64,000 nt of DNA from an uncultured Chloroflexia bacterium (GCA_963827475.1 CAWHAZ010000005.1:320001-384000); one strand, 5' to 3'. Counted from the first letter of the stretch, positions 30,620 through 40,791 are shown. Numbers and translations: made by a program. The notes: a model not told the origin generated them from the letters alone.

Positions 30620-32209
30620 TCAGGGCCCGCTGCCGGCCGGCAGCACATCAACGAGGAGCCACCGATCGCCGGTGGCACGGCGCATGGCGAAGGTCAGCTC
30701 GAACGGGGACGTATCGCGCGCCGTGAGAGCTCCGCTGGCGTCATATGTCTCCGTGATCACCGTTCCCTCGGCCGCGAGGCCGAGGCTCAGGCCCTCCTGC
30801 GCTCCGAACGGCACGAGCAGCGACACGTCGACCGTGTCGAACTGGTAGTGAGCGACCTGGGCTTCCCCCGTTGCCTCCGCCTCCTGGAGCCGCTCCTGCA
30901 TCTCGACCAGGCGATCGCCGTGGGCGACCAGCGGCAGGATGGTCTCGTCGCGACGGAGCAATGCCTGGTTCTCGAGCTCCAGGTTCTGGGCCAGCGTGAG
31001 CAGGACCTGGGGCATCTCCGATCCGGCCAGCTCATGGTCGAAGTCGACGACGTCCTGCCCGACGGTGATCGCCGGCAGCGTGCCCGGGTCGATCTCGGTT
31101 GGCAGCCGGTTCAGCGCCTCCGTCACGTTGAGGGCAACCACGCCGCGGGCCGGTGCCCCGGCCGCGACGATGCCGATGCCCACGGCCAGCGTCGCGAGGC
31201 CCACCAGCCCGAGCCGAGCGGCGCCCCGGACCAGGCCGCCCGATCGACCGCCAGTCATCACTCGAGCGGCGAGCATCCGGACGCTGTCCTGGTCGGAGCC
31301 CGGCTCCGGGGCGAATCGGTCAATCAGCGGGCGGGCCAGGCAGGCGACCACGAGCCCGGCAAGCAGGCCGACTTTCGCCCCGAACTCATCGGTCTGCGGC
31401 GCCATCAGGAACACCGAGGCCCCGGCGACCAGCAGGCCGAAGGCGACCCGACCGACGAGCCCGGCCGGCACCGTCTTCGGGTCGGTGATCATGAAGAACA
31501 GGAAGATCATGACCTCGGGCGAGAAGACGATCACCCGCCAGAAGTCGAAGCCGCACACGGGCGCGAACGCCCAGTTCGCGGTCATGCAGTGACCCGAGAG
31601 GGCGAGCAGCCCGAGCCCTGCCGCGAGGGCGACCCAGAAGGTGGCCGCCAGCGCGAGGAGGCGGAGCCGCCTCGTGATCAGGAGTCCGCCGACCAGGATC
31701 ACGGCATACGCCGTGATCAGCCACACGTCCAACGGACCCCACCAGAAGTCGAGGGGCTCCACGCGCGAAGCACCGAGCACGATGAAGGCGACGACCAGCC
31801 CGATGTTGGACGGATTGAAGATGTGCGACCCGCGATAGCGGATCACGTACTTGGTCAGGAGGGACAGCCCGGCGATGGCCGCGAACAGCCCCCAGCCATA
31901 GGTGGTCCAGGGGTCGTCCGGCGGCGTGCCGACGACGCGGAGGATCAGGGCCACGCCACTCCCGGTCAGCAGGGCGCTGGCGGGCCAGACGAACGAACGG
32001 GTGGCGCGGAACGTCAGCGCCACCTCGATGACGGCACAGGTCAGCATCGCGGCGAGGATCTGCGGGACGCTGACCGCGAAGTCCAGCCCGAGCTGGCCCA
32101 GGACGTGGATGGTGATGATCACGGCGGCGACATGGAGCCGCGGGTCCCGAATGCTCGGGAGAATCACCGGGTAGCTCCGGGCACCGACCGACATCGTTCG
32201 GGTAGCCAT
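30620..32209 (-). CDS. RnfD/NqrB-like (UnbU-type) membrane protein with C-terminal extracytoplasmic domain
   Basis: DPRL, SALLTG, KY..R..G.HIFNPSNIG and FMITDPKT motifs; about ten TM helices followed by a soluble domain. Confidence 0.72.
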   Translation of the reverse strand: MATRTMSVGARSYPVILPSIRDPRLHVAAVIITIHVLGQLGLDFAVSVPQILAAMLTCAVIEVALTFRATRSFVWPASALLTGSGVALILRVVGTPPDDPWTTYGWGLFAAIAGLSLLTKYVIRYRGSHIFNPSNIGLVVAFIVLGASRVEPLDFWWGPLDVWLITAYAVILVGGLLITRRLRLLALAATFWVALAAGLGLLALSGHCMTANWAFAPVCGFDFWRVIVFSPEVMIFLFFMITDPKTVPAGLVGRVAFGLLVAGASVFLMAPQTDEFGAKVGLLAGLVVACLARPLIDRFAPEPGSDQDSVRMLAARVMTGGRSGGLVRGAARLGLVGLATLAVGIGIVAAGAPARGVVALNVTEALNRLPTEIDPGTLPAITVGQDVVDFDHELAGSEMPQVLLTLAQNLELENQALLRRDETILPLVAHGDRLVEMQERLQEAEATGEAQVAHYQFDTVDVSLLVPFGAQEGLSLGLAAEGTVITETYDASGALTARDTSPFELTFAMRRATGDRWLLVDVLPAGSGP

Positions 32210-32232
32210 CGACCTCTTAGGATACGCAGGCC

Positions 32233-32862
32233 TTGGCTGAATCACGACACGAGGAACGCCTGAAGCGGGCCCAAGAGGAGCCGATCGTCGGCAGCCTCCC
32301 GGACGTGCCCGGGATCGGGACCGCCATCCGCCTCACGCCTGGCCTGGGCGTCCACCTGCGCGGCCTCGCCGACGAGCTGCTCGTTCACGACTATCCCGGA
32401 GCGACCCTCAGCCGGGCGGAACGCGAGATGCTCGCGACCGCGGTGTCGGCGGGCAACGACTGCTTCTTCTGCATGGACTCACACGCGGCCCACGCCGCGG
32501 CCCTCATCGAGCGCAGTGGACCGACCGAGCTCCTGCCGGTGCTGGACGAGCTCAAGCACGGGTCAGTCGACGGCCTGGACGACAAGATGCGGGCCCTCGT
32601 CCAGATCGCGTCCACCGTCCGCCGCGAGCCCCGCGACCTGTCCGCCGCCGACATTCAACGCGCCACGGCCGCAGGCGCCACCGACGCCGACGTCCAGCTG
32701 GCCGTGCTCATCGCCGCCGCCTTCTCGATGTACAACCGGATGGTCGAAGGGTTTCGGGCGAGGACGGCACCAACCCCCGACGCCTACCGAGCGCGAGCTG
32801 ATGAGATCGCGGAACGCGGCTACAGCGGACCTGCGGCCAACGCCGAGACCGATCGGACCTGA
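32233..32862 (+). CDS. Carboxymuconolactone decarboxylase / AhpD-like peroxidase-related protein
   Basis: LSRAEREMLA..VS..NDCFFCMDSH and F.MYNR.VEG motifs; start uncertain. Confidence 0.82.
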   Translation: MAESRHEERLKRAQEEPIVGSLPDVPGIGTAIRLTPGLGVHLRGLADELLVHDYPGATLSRAEREMLATAVSAGNDCFFCMDSHAAHAAALIERSGPTELLPVLDELKHGSVDGLDDKMRALVQIASTVRREPRDLSAADIQRATAAGATDADVQLAVLIAAAFSMYNRMVEGFRARTAPTPDAYRARADEIAERGYSGPAANAETDRT

Positions 32863-34241
32863 GCCCTGGGCTGAGCCGCGAGCTGAGGGCGGCGCTCAGT
32901 CGGTCGATGGTTCTTCTTGCGCGGTGCTCGCTGGGGTTGGCCGCTGCGATCGGGCCATTCGTATCCCTGCCACGGGTCGTAGTCGGGGTCGGGCGGCTCC
33001 GCCTCGGGTCGATTCTTCTCCGGGACATGCCGCAGGTTGACCCGGACCCGCCACCAGACGGTCGAGCGGCCGCGCATGGCGTCGTACAGCACGTCGTCCA
33101 CCGCGAGGTGCTTGGCCGCCGCACGGTGCCGCTTCTTCCACCGCGCCAGTCCCTCTTCCACCTCGGGCTTGGTGGCCGCCTGGGCGACGACGACCAGCGG
33201 GGCGCTGGAGCGACGCCGTCCGGTGGGGGAGGGCATGTCTTTCCGTGCCTTCGAGGGCTGGACGCGCGGTGGCTCCCCGGGCTGCTTGGCGTAGTTCGGC
33301 GGCCACGGCGCGTCTCCCAGCCCTTCGGCTTCGTGGCGCGCCACCAGCTCGAGCAGGGGCTCGAGCGAGAACGCCTGCTCGTCGATCCCGGCCCCGACGT
33401 CGCCGAGTCGGGCGAATCGGTCCGGCACCGTCTTGACCGTGAAGTCGGCCGCCTCGCAGTCGGGCACCTCGTCCCAGCCGAGGGGCGCGGAGACCCGGGC
33501 ATCGGGCAGCGGCCGCACCGAGTACACCGACGCCACGGTCCGGTCCTTCGCGTTCTGGTTGTAGTCGAGGAACACCCCGTGCCGCTCCTCCTTCCACCAC
33601 TTGGAGGTGGCCAGTGCCGGCGCGCGGCGTTCCACCTCACGGGCAACGGCCAGCGCCGCGCGCCGCACCTCCCCGAAGCCCCACTTCCGCTCGATGCGGA
33701 CGTAGACGTGCATGCCCCGCGAGCCGGAGGTCTTCGGCCACGCCACATAGCCGAGCTCGTCGAACAGCTCGTGGCAGACCAGCGCGACGGCTCGCACATC
33801 GGTCCAGCCGACGCCCGGACCGGGGTCGAGGTCGATCCGCAGCTCGTCGGGCTGCTCCAGGTCGTCCGCCCGGACCGGGTGCGGGTTGAGGTCGATGCAG
33901 CCGAGATTGATGACCCAGGCCAGGGCCGCGGGGTTGTCGACCACCACCTCGTCCGCGGTTCGGCCGGAGGGAAATGACAGCTCCACGGTCCGGACGAAGG
34001 GCGGCAGGTTGGCCGGCGCGCGCTTCTGGAAGAAGAAGTCGCTGCCCGCGCCGTTCGGGAAGCGCTTGAGGGCCATCGGACGGTCCCGCACACCGCGCAC
34101 CGCCCCCTCCGCGACCGACAGGTAGTATCGGATCAGGTCCAGCTTGGTGATCCCGGCCTCGGGGAAGAAAGCCTTGTCGGGATTGGAGACCGATACGGTC
34201 TGCCCGTCGACGTCGAGATTGATCGGTTTCGGGGCTGCCAT
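32820..34241 (-). CDS. Stand-alone LigD-type primase-polymerase (Prim-PolC-like) with C-terminal extension
   Basis: SNPDK.FFP, KRFP.G...FFQKR, DELRIDLDP, KTSGSRG.H and DYNQN..DRT.AS.YSVR motifs. The true stop may be at 32896 if there is an indel. Confidence 0.85.
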   Translation of the reverse strand: MAAPKPINLDVDGQTVSVSNPDKAFFPEAGITKLDLIRYYLSVAEGAVRGVRDRPMALKRFPNGAGSDFFFQKRAPANLPPFVRTVELSFPSGRTADEVVVDNPAALAWVINLGCIDLNPHPVRADDLEQPDELRIDLDPGPGVGWTDVRAVALVCHELFDELGYVAWPKTSGSRGMHVYVRIERKWGFGEVRRAALAVAREVERRAPALATSKWWKEERHGVFLDYNQNAKDRTVASVYSVRPLPDARVSAPLGWDEVPDCEAADFTVKTVPDRFARLGDVGAGIDEQAFSLEPLLELVARHEAEGLGDAPWPPNYAKQPGEPPRVQPSKARKDMPSPTGRRRSSAPLVVVAQAATKPEVEEGLARWKKRHRAAAKHLAVDDVLYDAMRGRSTVWWRVRVNLRHVPEKNRPEAEPPDPDYDPWQGYEWPDRSGQPQRAPRKKNHRPTERRPQLAAQPRAQVRSVSALAAGPL

Positions 34242-34265
34242 GGGGTCAGGGTAGCGGGAGTGGGA

Positions 34266-35165
34266 ATGACTGCCATCGCGCGTCGGCTGACCGAACGGAT
34301 CGCCGCCCTCGCCGATCGGTACGCCCTGGTCGGGATCGGGATGGACGCATTCACCAGGTTCAACGCTCACGAGGCCATGGCTCGTGCCGCGGCCATCGCG
34401 TACTACAGCATCCTCTCCCTGTTCCCCTTCGCCATCGTTGCTCTGGTCGCCGCATCGTTCCTCATCCCGCAGGGCCCGGAGCTCGACGCGTTCGCGAACC
34501 GGGTGGCCGATGCGTTCGCGCTCGAGCCCGAGGCCGTCTTCGATGCGCTCGAGGCCTTCGAGGACGGGAGGCTGGTGTTCGCCATCGTTGGCATCGGTCT
34601 GCTGCTGGTCGCCCTGCTGCCGTGGGTGTCCGCGGTGCAACGGGGGATCGTCCGCGCCTTCGAGGAGGAGCGCCGATCGTACGTGCGCACGACGCTCAGC
34701 AGCCTCTTGCTGCTCGGCCTGGCCGCCATCCTCATCCTCCTCGCCGGAGCGTGGGGCAGCCTGCTCAACCTCGTGATCGGCCTCCTCGATCGGTTCCTGC
34801 CGGAGCTCGCCCTGGTCGATGTCACTCTGAGCGTGGCCGCATCGCTGCTGCCGACCCTGGTCGTGTTTGGCGTCATGACGGCGCTCCTACGGGCCATCCC
34901 GGCCCAGGATCCGACCTTCCGCGAGGTCTGGCTCGGGGCGCTGATCACGGCCCTGGGGTTTCTCGGCCTGAGCCTCCTGTTCGACTGGTACGTAAAGGCG
35001 TTCGTGGCCGACAGCGGCAACGCCACCGGTCCCTTCGGGGCGATCCTCGTCGGCCTGCTTTACATCGACTTCCTGGCCATCGCCATGCTGGCCGGGGCCG
35101 AGGTCGCGGCGGCCACCACGCGCCGCCGCCGCGCCGCTCGAGCGCAACCGGAGCCGACTTCCTGA
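34266..35165 (+). CDS. YihY / virulence factor BrkB family membrane protein
   Basis: AAAIAYYSILSLFP motif and about six TM helices. Confidence 0.85.
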   Translation: MTAIARRLTERIAALADRYALVGIGMDAFTRFNAHEAMARAAAIAYYSILSLFPFAIVALVAASFLIPQGPELDAFANRVADAFALEPEAVFDALEAFEDGRLVFAIVGIGLLLVALLPWVSAVQRGIVRAFEEERRSYVRTTLSSLLLLGLAAILILLAGAWGSLLNLVIGLLDRFLPELALVDVTLSVAASLLPTLVVFGVMTALLRAIPAQDPTFREVWLGALITALGFLGLSLLFDWYVKAFVADSGNATGPFGAILVGLLYIDFLAIAMLAGAEVAAATTRRRRAARAQPEPTS

Positions 35166-35339
35166 GCTTCACCTCGCCCGCCGGCGGTGGGGTCCGGTGG
35201 CCTCTGGTACCGATGGGTGTCCTACGGTGTAGTACATTCGAAGTGTCGCCACGGTTGACGACCCGTCGTAGCATCGGCGGGCATTCCTTCCGCGGGGGCT
35301 GGATGGGACGATGATCATTCCTACTCCTAATACCGTCTC

Positions 35340-36653
35340 ATGAGACGTCGGCCACGACTGGCCGCCATATTCGCCGCACTGGTGGTCGCCACCAGCCTGG
35401 TCGGCGCTGCGCCGAACGAGCGGGCGCGCGGCGGCGACCCGCTGGCCGAGGCACAGGCCAACGAGCGGGCCCTCCAGGAGGCCCTCGCCGCGCAGGAGCG
35501 GGAGCTCGCCAACCTGCGGGCACTGTCGTCGAACCTCGACGCGCAGCTGGACGCGGCGGAGGCCGAGCTCGCATCGGTCAGCACCGAGTACGAGCGCGTC
35601 GCGGCTCTCTTGGTCCAGGTCGAGGCCCAGATTGCGGAGGTCGTCGCCCGCCTCGCAGTCATCCGCACCCGCATCGAGAGCCTGGACCGGATGCTCGCGA
35701 CCGTCGCCGCCGAGATCGAGCGCCAGACCACGAAGTTAAAAACCCGCGAGGGCCTCCTCGAGGACCACTTCCGCGATGCCTACGAGCGGAGCCAGACGTC
35801 GCTGCTCGAGGTCCTCCTCGCCGCCGACTCGTTTGAGGTGGTGGCGACCCAGGTCGGGTACCTGCTCACCGTCTCCGAACAGGACGCCGCCCTGGCCGAC
35901 GAGGTCCGGGAGATCCGCGAGACCCTGGTGGAGAACAAGCGCATCCTGCGCGAGGGCCGCGCCCAGGCGGCCGCGGCGCGTGACCTCGAGGAAGCCGAAC
36001 AGGCCCGCCTGGCCGCCCGAGAGGCCGAGCTGGCAAGCCTCAAGCAGCGGCTGGGGGAGCTGGTGATCGCTGCTGAGCAGAAGCGCCAGGCGCAGGCTGC
36101 GGCGCTGAACGCGGCCCTGGTGGCCCAAGGTGACATCGAGCGAAAGGTCCAGGCCACCAAGGAGGCTGCCGCCGCGGCCAACTCCCTGGTCGCGCGGCTG
36201 CTTGCGGAGTCCCAGGTCCGGGTCAGCCAGCGTGGCTTCCGGTGGCCGATGGACCACTTCGTCATCACCCAGGAATGGGGCCCGACGAACTTCCTCCTCG
36301 AGGACGGCTACACCTACCGCGGCGTGTACTACCCCCACTTCCACGGTGGTATCGACATGGCCAACGGCTGCGGCACGCCAATCCGCGCGGCCGGCGGCGG
36401 GCTGGTGGTCGCCTCGGGCCAGCCGCTGTGGCCGTGGGACAGCGGCTACGGGGTCGTCATCGACCACGGCGGCGGCGTGCTGACCTGGTACTGGCACCTC
36501 CGGGCGCAGGTGGTCGTGTTCGCCGGCCAGGGCGTCTCGCTCGGCCAGGTCATCGGGTACGAGGGCAACACGGGCATGTCGACCGGCTGCCACCTGCACT
36601 TCGCGGTCAACGACCACGGGGTGTGGGAGAACCCGCGCTACTTCCTGCCCTAG
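35340..36653 (+). CDS. Secreted coiled-coil M23 peptidase (cell-wall hydrolase/activator)
   Basis: Signal peptide, long coiled coil, HGGID and STG.HLHF Zn motifs. Confidence 0.88.
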   Translation: MRRRPRLAAIFAALVVATSLVGAAPNERARGGDPLAEAQANERALQEALAAQERELANLRALSSNLDAQLDAAEAELASVSTEYERVAALLVQVEAQIAEVVARLAVIRTRIESLDRMLATVAAEIERQTTKLKTREGLLEDHFRDAYERSQTSLLEVLLAADSFEVVATQVGYLLTVSEQDAALADEVREIRETLVENKRILREGRAQAAAARDLEEAEQARLAAREAELASLKQRLGELVIAAEQKRQAQAAALNAALVAQGDIERKVQATKEAAAAANSLVARLLAESQVRVSQRGFRWPMDHFVITQEWGPTNFLLEDGYTYRGVYYPHFHGGIDMANGCGTPIRAAGGGLVVASGQPLWPWDSGYGVVIDHGGGVLTWYWHLRAQVVVFAGQGVSLGQVIGYEGNTGMSTGCHLHFAVNDHGVWENPRYFLP

Positions 36654-36677
36654 GCTCGTCCCCGTTGGCTCCGGCAC

Positions 36678-38777
36678 TCAGCCGATGCCGGCGGTCACCT
36701 CACCGATGCCGGCGACGGGGCGGTACAGCTTTTCGACGTAATCCCGCAGAACGCGCTCGGCGGTGAAGTCGTCGGTGCCCGTCCGCAGCGCGCTCCGCAT
36801 GACCGAAATCCAGGCGCGGGGCAGGCCGATCGTGTCCCGGTCGAAGAACGTCGGAATCACCTCGTTCTCCAGGACGCGGTAGAGCGCTTCGGCGTCCTCC
36901 TCGTCGGTGCGCTCGCCATCTCCTGATCCGGGCCCGACCGCCCACCCGTTGGTCCCATCGAACGCCTCGTCCCACCAGCCGTCGAGGACGCTCACCGAGG
37001 GAACGCCGTTGAGTGCGGCCTTCATGCCCGACGTGCCGGACGCCTCCAGCGGCCGCCGCGGGGTGTTCAGCCAGACGTCCACCCCGGCGACGAGGTAGCG
37101 CGCCACCCGCAGGTCGTAGTCCTCGATGAAGAAGATCCGTCCCGCAGTCCCGACCCGACGGGAGGCCTCGACCACGCGGCCGAGCAGGGCCTGTCCCGCC
37201 TCGTCGGCGGGGTGGGCCTTGCCGGCGAAGATCAGCTGGATCGGCCGATCGGGGTCGGACAGCAGATGAGCCAGGCGCTGCGGATTGTCCAGGATGAGGT
37301 CCGCCCGTTTGTAGGTCGCGAACCGGCGTGCAAAGCCAATGGTCAACGCCTGCGGGTCCAGCGCGCCGGCCAGGTCTCCGACCGCCTCCGGCGCGACCCC
37401 GTGGCGAACCGCCTGACGGGTCAGGCGGCCGCCGAGGAAGTCGATCATCCGCCGCTTCTGCTCGACGTGGGCCCCCCACAGCTCGCGGTCGCTGGCCATC
37501 CGTTCGCCGCCGGGTGAGAGCGCGTCGCGGATCGGCTCCGACTGCCAGGTCCCCAGGTGCACGCCGTTGGTGACCGAGTCGCAGGGCCGACCGATGATCT
37601 CGTGCCAGGTCGCCGTCGCGGTGCGCGCGTGGAGGCGGCTGACGGCCGTGACCATCTTCGCGTGGCGCAGGCCGAAGGCGGTGAGGTCGAAGTCGTCTTG
37701 CAGGCCGTGATCCGGGCCCCGGCCGAGCTCGCGCAGCGCCGGGCCGTCGATGTCGAGCGCGGCGGCCATCGGACCGATGATCTCCTCGGCCAGGGAGGGG
37801 TCGTAGCGCTCGTTCCCGGCCGGAACCGGGGTATGGAGGGTCATCACCGTGTCGCGCCCGGCGCGGGCGATGGCCCCCGCGCCGTCCAGGGTGGGGTCCT
37901 CGACCCGAGCCATGCGCGCCCGCTCCAGCAGGACGAGGGCGGAATGGCCCTCGTTGAGGTGCCAGGCGGCCGGCTGGATGTCCAGCGCCGCCAGCGCCCG
38001 CGCCGCTCCGACGCCGAGCAGGAGCTCCTGGGTGAGCCGGGTCCGACGTTCCGCGACATACAGCTGGTCCGTGATCCGGCGGTCCTCCTCGCGGTTCGCG
38101 GGCAGGTCCGCGTCGAGGAGCAGGAGCGGCACGCGACCGACCTGTGCGACCCACACCGCCATCCGCACGTCGCGGCCCGGCAGGTCGACCGAGATCTCCA
38201 GCGGGGAACCGGTGGCGTCTGCAGCTCGGCGGAGTGGAATGTCCGCCGGATCCAGGTCTGGTTCGAGGTGCTCCTGACGGCCTTCGGCGTCGATCCGCTG
38301 GCGGAAGTACCCCCGGTGATAGAACGGCCCGACCGCCACCAGCGAAAGCCGGGTGTCGGACGCGGCCTTGCACAGGTCGCCGGCCAGGACGCCCAGGCCG
38401 CCGGAGTAGACCGGGAGCGACTCGTGGAGCGCGAACTCGGCGCACAGGTACGCGACCGGGCCGTCGAGTCCAGCCCCCAGACCGGGGGCGTCGTCCGCCA
38501 CGTACCACTGCAGCCGATCGGCCAGCGTCCGCGCATCCGCCACGAACCGGCTGTCGTTGGCGAGCTCCAGCCATCGTTCGTCAGTCGTGTGTCGCATGAC
38601 ATGGATCGGGTTTCGGGTCCGTGCCCAACCGTCGGGGTCGATTCGCGCGAACAGGCGCAGCGCTTCCGGATGCCAGGTCCACCACAGGTTCTCGGCCAGA
38701 TCGCGAAGCCCCGCGAGGCCGGCGGGATCTGGCAGATCCACGCGCTCGATGGTCGGGACCCGGACGGGTGGAGCCAT
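36678..38777 (-). CDS. glgP: Alpha-glucan (glycogen/maltodextrin) phosphorylase
   Basis: NLWWTW, YSGGLGVLAGD, HLNEGH, GFARRFATYKR and EASGTSGMK (PLP Lys) motifs. Confidence 0.93.
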   Translation of the reverse strand: MAPPVRVPTIERVDLPDPAGLAGLRDLAENLWWTWHPEALRLFARIDPDGWARTRNPIHVMRHTTDERWLELANDSRFVADARTLADRLQWYVADDAPGLGAGLDGPVAYLCAEFALHESLPVYSGGLGVLAGDLCKAASDTRLSLVAVGPFYHRGYFRQRIDAEGRQEHLEPDLDPADIPLRRAADATGSPLEISVDLPGRDVRMAVWVAQVGRVPLLLLDADLPANREEDRRITDQLYVAERRTRLTQELLLGVGAARALAALDIQPAAWHLNEGHSALVLLERARMARVEDPTLDGAGAIARAGRDTVMTLHTPVPAGNERYDPSLAEEIIGPMAAALDIDGPALRELGRGPDHGLQDDFDLTAFGLRHAKMVTAVSRLHARTATATWHEIIGRPCDSVTNGVHLGTWQSEPIRDALSPGGERMASDRELWGAHVEQKRRMIDFLGGRLTRQAVRHGVAPEAVGDLAGALDPQALTIGFARRFATYKRADLILDNPQRLAHLLSDPDRPIQLIFAGKAHPADEAGQALLGRVVEASRRVGTAGRIFFIEDYDLRVARYLVAGVDVWLNTPRRPLEASGTSGMKAALNGVPSVSVLDGWWDEAFDGTNGWAVGPGSGDGERTDEEDAEALYRVLENEVIPTFFDRDTIGLPRAWISVMRSALRTGTDDFTAERVLRDYVEKLYRPVAGIGEVTAGIG

Positions 38778-38846
38778 TGGCGCCGGATGATATCGGTCAG
38801 ACGCATTCCACGGCCGGTCTCGACGCGGTACGCTACGACCCCCCTG

Positions 38847-40787
38847 ATGGACGGCTACTCGGTCAACGAGGCGGCGGCGGTCCTCGGCATCCCGGAAGGG
38901 CGCGTGTGGGAGCTGTTGGCACGCGGCGTCCTGTCCGGTTCTACCGAGGTTGGCGGCGACATGCGCGTTTTCCTGCGAGAGGTCGCGGTCGTTGAAGCGC
39001 CGAAACGGGAAGGCAACGGAAACGGTGGCAATGGCGGCCATGGTGAGCAGACGCCGTTCCGCGAGCTGCTGACCGAGTTCCGCAACCTGACCGAGCGATA
39101 CGGACAGGCCCTCCTGGCGCTCGGCGAAGCGCGCGGCGAGGTGGCATCGCTGCGCGGGCGGGTCGACCTGCTCGAGGCACGGATCGAGCACCGGCTGCCC
39201 TGGACCGAAGCGGCCTCATCCGCCTGGGCCAGCCCTGCGGAAGGTACGTCCGAGGCCGCGGAGGACGCGGACGCTGACGCGGAACCTGACGACGAGCCTG
39301 AGCCGCAGCCGTCGCCCGCCCGCATACCGCAGGAGCCGCTAGCCGAATCCGAACGGGCGCCAGAGACCGCGGTCGAGACCACGTCGAAACAGTTGGCGCT
39401 GGAGTCGGATGACGTCATGGCCGACATCCTCGATGCCACCCTGGGGCCCGGCCCGGCACAGGAGCCGGAGGTCGAGCCCAAGCCGGGGCCGGCCGAGGGG
39501 GAGGTGCCAGAGCCTGAAGCTGAGCTCGAGCCCACGGACGAGGCTCAGCCGGAATCCGAGCTGGAACCGATGGAAGAGCCAGCCGAGGACCTCGAGCCTG
39601 CGAAGCCGCGACCAATTGCACGCGGAGGCTCGCGCGAGGCCCTGAGCGGCTTCGCTGAGGCACTGGCCCGAGCGCAGGACCCGGCGACCGCTTCGGTCGC
39701 CGCGGACTTCGATGAGCTACCCGGTGCTCAGGAGACGGCAGACGCGGTGGCGGCATACCGCCGCGAAACGGAAATCGTCGGCGACGAGACCTCGTTCGAG
39801 CCGCCAGAAGAGCCGGAGGTCGAGGCCGAGAGGTCGTCACTTGAGCCGGAGGTGACCGAAGCGGTGACCGAAACGGCGGTCGTTTCCATCGTGCGGCCCG
39901 GGTACAGCACCGACACCCCGGAGCCGGACTGGATCGCCGAAGAGGATCTGATCATCTTGGCCGGCGAAGATGCCTCCGTTCGCGCGGATGAGCTCGCCCA
40001 CCAGGCCGCGACCGCACCAAGTGTCGCGTGGCCGGACGACGAGGAGGAGGAGGAGGAAGTCGCAGAGGCTCGGATCGTCGAGCCAGAGGCCGTCGACACC
40101 CAGGTCGAGGCCGAGCTGGAGGCCGAAGTCCCAGGCGGAGATCGCGACCGCGGACCGTCAACCCGTGGACTCGAGGAGGCCGCTCCGGCGGTCATCGCCG
40201 CAGCCGCGCCGGAACCTGTCCCCGAACCCGCGGTCGCGCCCGCGCCGGAGATCGAATCCGCGCCGGAAATTCCGTCCCCGCCCGCGCCACCGGCCGCGCG
40301 CGAATCAAACCTGACCCCAGTGGAGATCGCGGCCGAGCCGCCCGCGAGCGACGACGTGGCCCTGCTGGTGGGGCCCGAGCCGTTCGCCGAGCCGCCGATC
40401 GTTCCCCCTGAGCCCGCGTTCTGGGAGACCGGCGCAGGCTCGCGGGCTCCGTTCGCGATCGCCCAGCCTGACCCATGGGATGCGGGCTCCGTCGAGCCGA
40501 TGCCGGTCGAAGTGGCCGTGAAGGCGGCACCGGTGGCGCCCGACGAGCCGGCTGAACCGCTCAAGGAGGCGCCAGCCATGCCGGTGACGCCCAAGCCTGC
40601 CTCCAAGGCACCGGAACCTCCGCCGCTCGCACCCGAACCGACCGAGGCCGCGCCCGACTCCGCGCCATCCCCACCGCGCCTGAGTCCCGCCGCCGAGGCC
40701 GGTCGAGCGGCGGCCGCGCGCCGTCGCCGCCGTCCGCAAGGCCCCGCGGCGCGAGCGCTCCGCCGCCTCCGCTACTTGCTGGATTGA
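38847..40787 (+). CDS. HTH + coiled-coil protein with a long acidic Pro/Glu/Ala-rich disordered region
   Basis: YSVNEAAAVLGIP...VW (MerR/excisionase-like HTH); coiled coil ELLTEF...LEAR; about 500 aa of low complexity; basic C-terminal helix. Confidence 0.7.
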   Translation: MDGYSVNEAAAVLGIPEGRVWELLARGVLSGSTEVGGDMRVFLREVAVVEAPKREGNGNGGNGGHGEQTPFRELLTEFRNLTERYGQALLALGEARGEVASLRGRVDLLEARIEHRLPWTEAASSAWASPAEGTSEAAEDADADAEPDDEPEPQPSPARIPQEPLAESERAPETAVETTSKQLALESDDVMADILDATLGPGPAQEPEVEPKPGPAEGEVPEPEAELEPTDEAQPESELEPMEEPAEDLEPAKPRPIARGGSREALSGFAEALARAQDPATASVAADFDELPGAQETADAVAAYRRETEIVGDETSFEPPEEPEVEAERSSLEPEVTEAVTETAVVSIVRPGYSTDTPEPDWIAEEDLIILAGEDASVRADELAHQAATAPSVAWPDDEEEEEEVAEARIVEPEAVDTQVEAELEAEVPGGDRDRGPSTRGLEEAAPAVIAAAAPEPVPEPAVAPAPEIESAPEIPSPPAPPAARESNLTPVEIAAEPPASDDVALLVGPEPFAEPPIVPPEPAFWETGAGSRAPFAIAQPDPWDAGSVEPMPVEVAVKAAPVAPDEPAEPLKEAPAMPVTPKPASKAPEPPPLAPEPTEAAPDSAPSPPRLSPAAEAGRAAAARRRRRPQGPAARALRRLRYLLD

Positions 40788-40791
40788 TGGC

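Noticed and set aside
27155-34241. Ku-dependent NHEJ operon
   Set aside because: No Ku gene in the window; the ligase and polymerase are LigC/Prim-PolC type and are separated by unrelated genes.
35166-35339. c-di-AMP (ydaO) riboswitch ahead of the M23 peptidase
   Set aside because: The expected conserved segments (GCUGAAUCC, CCCGAACCCGUCAGCUAAC) are absent.
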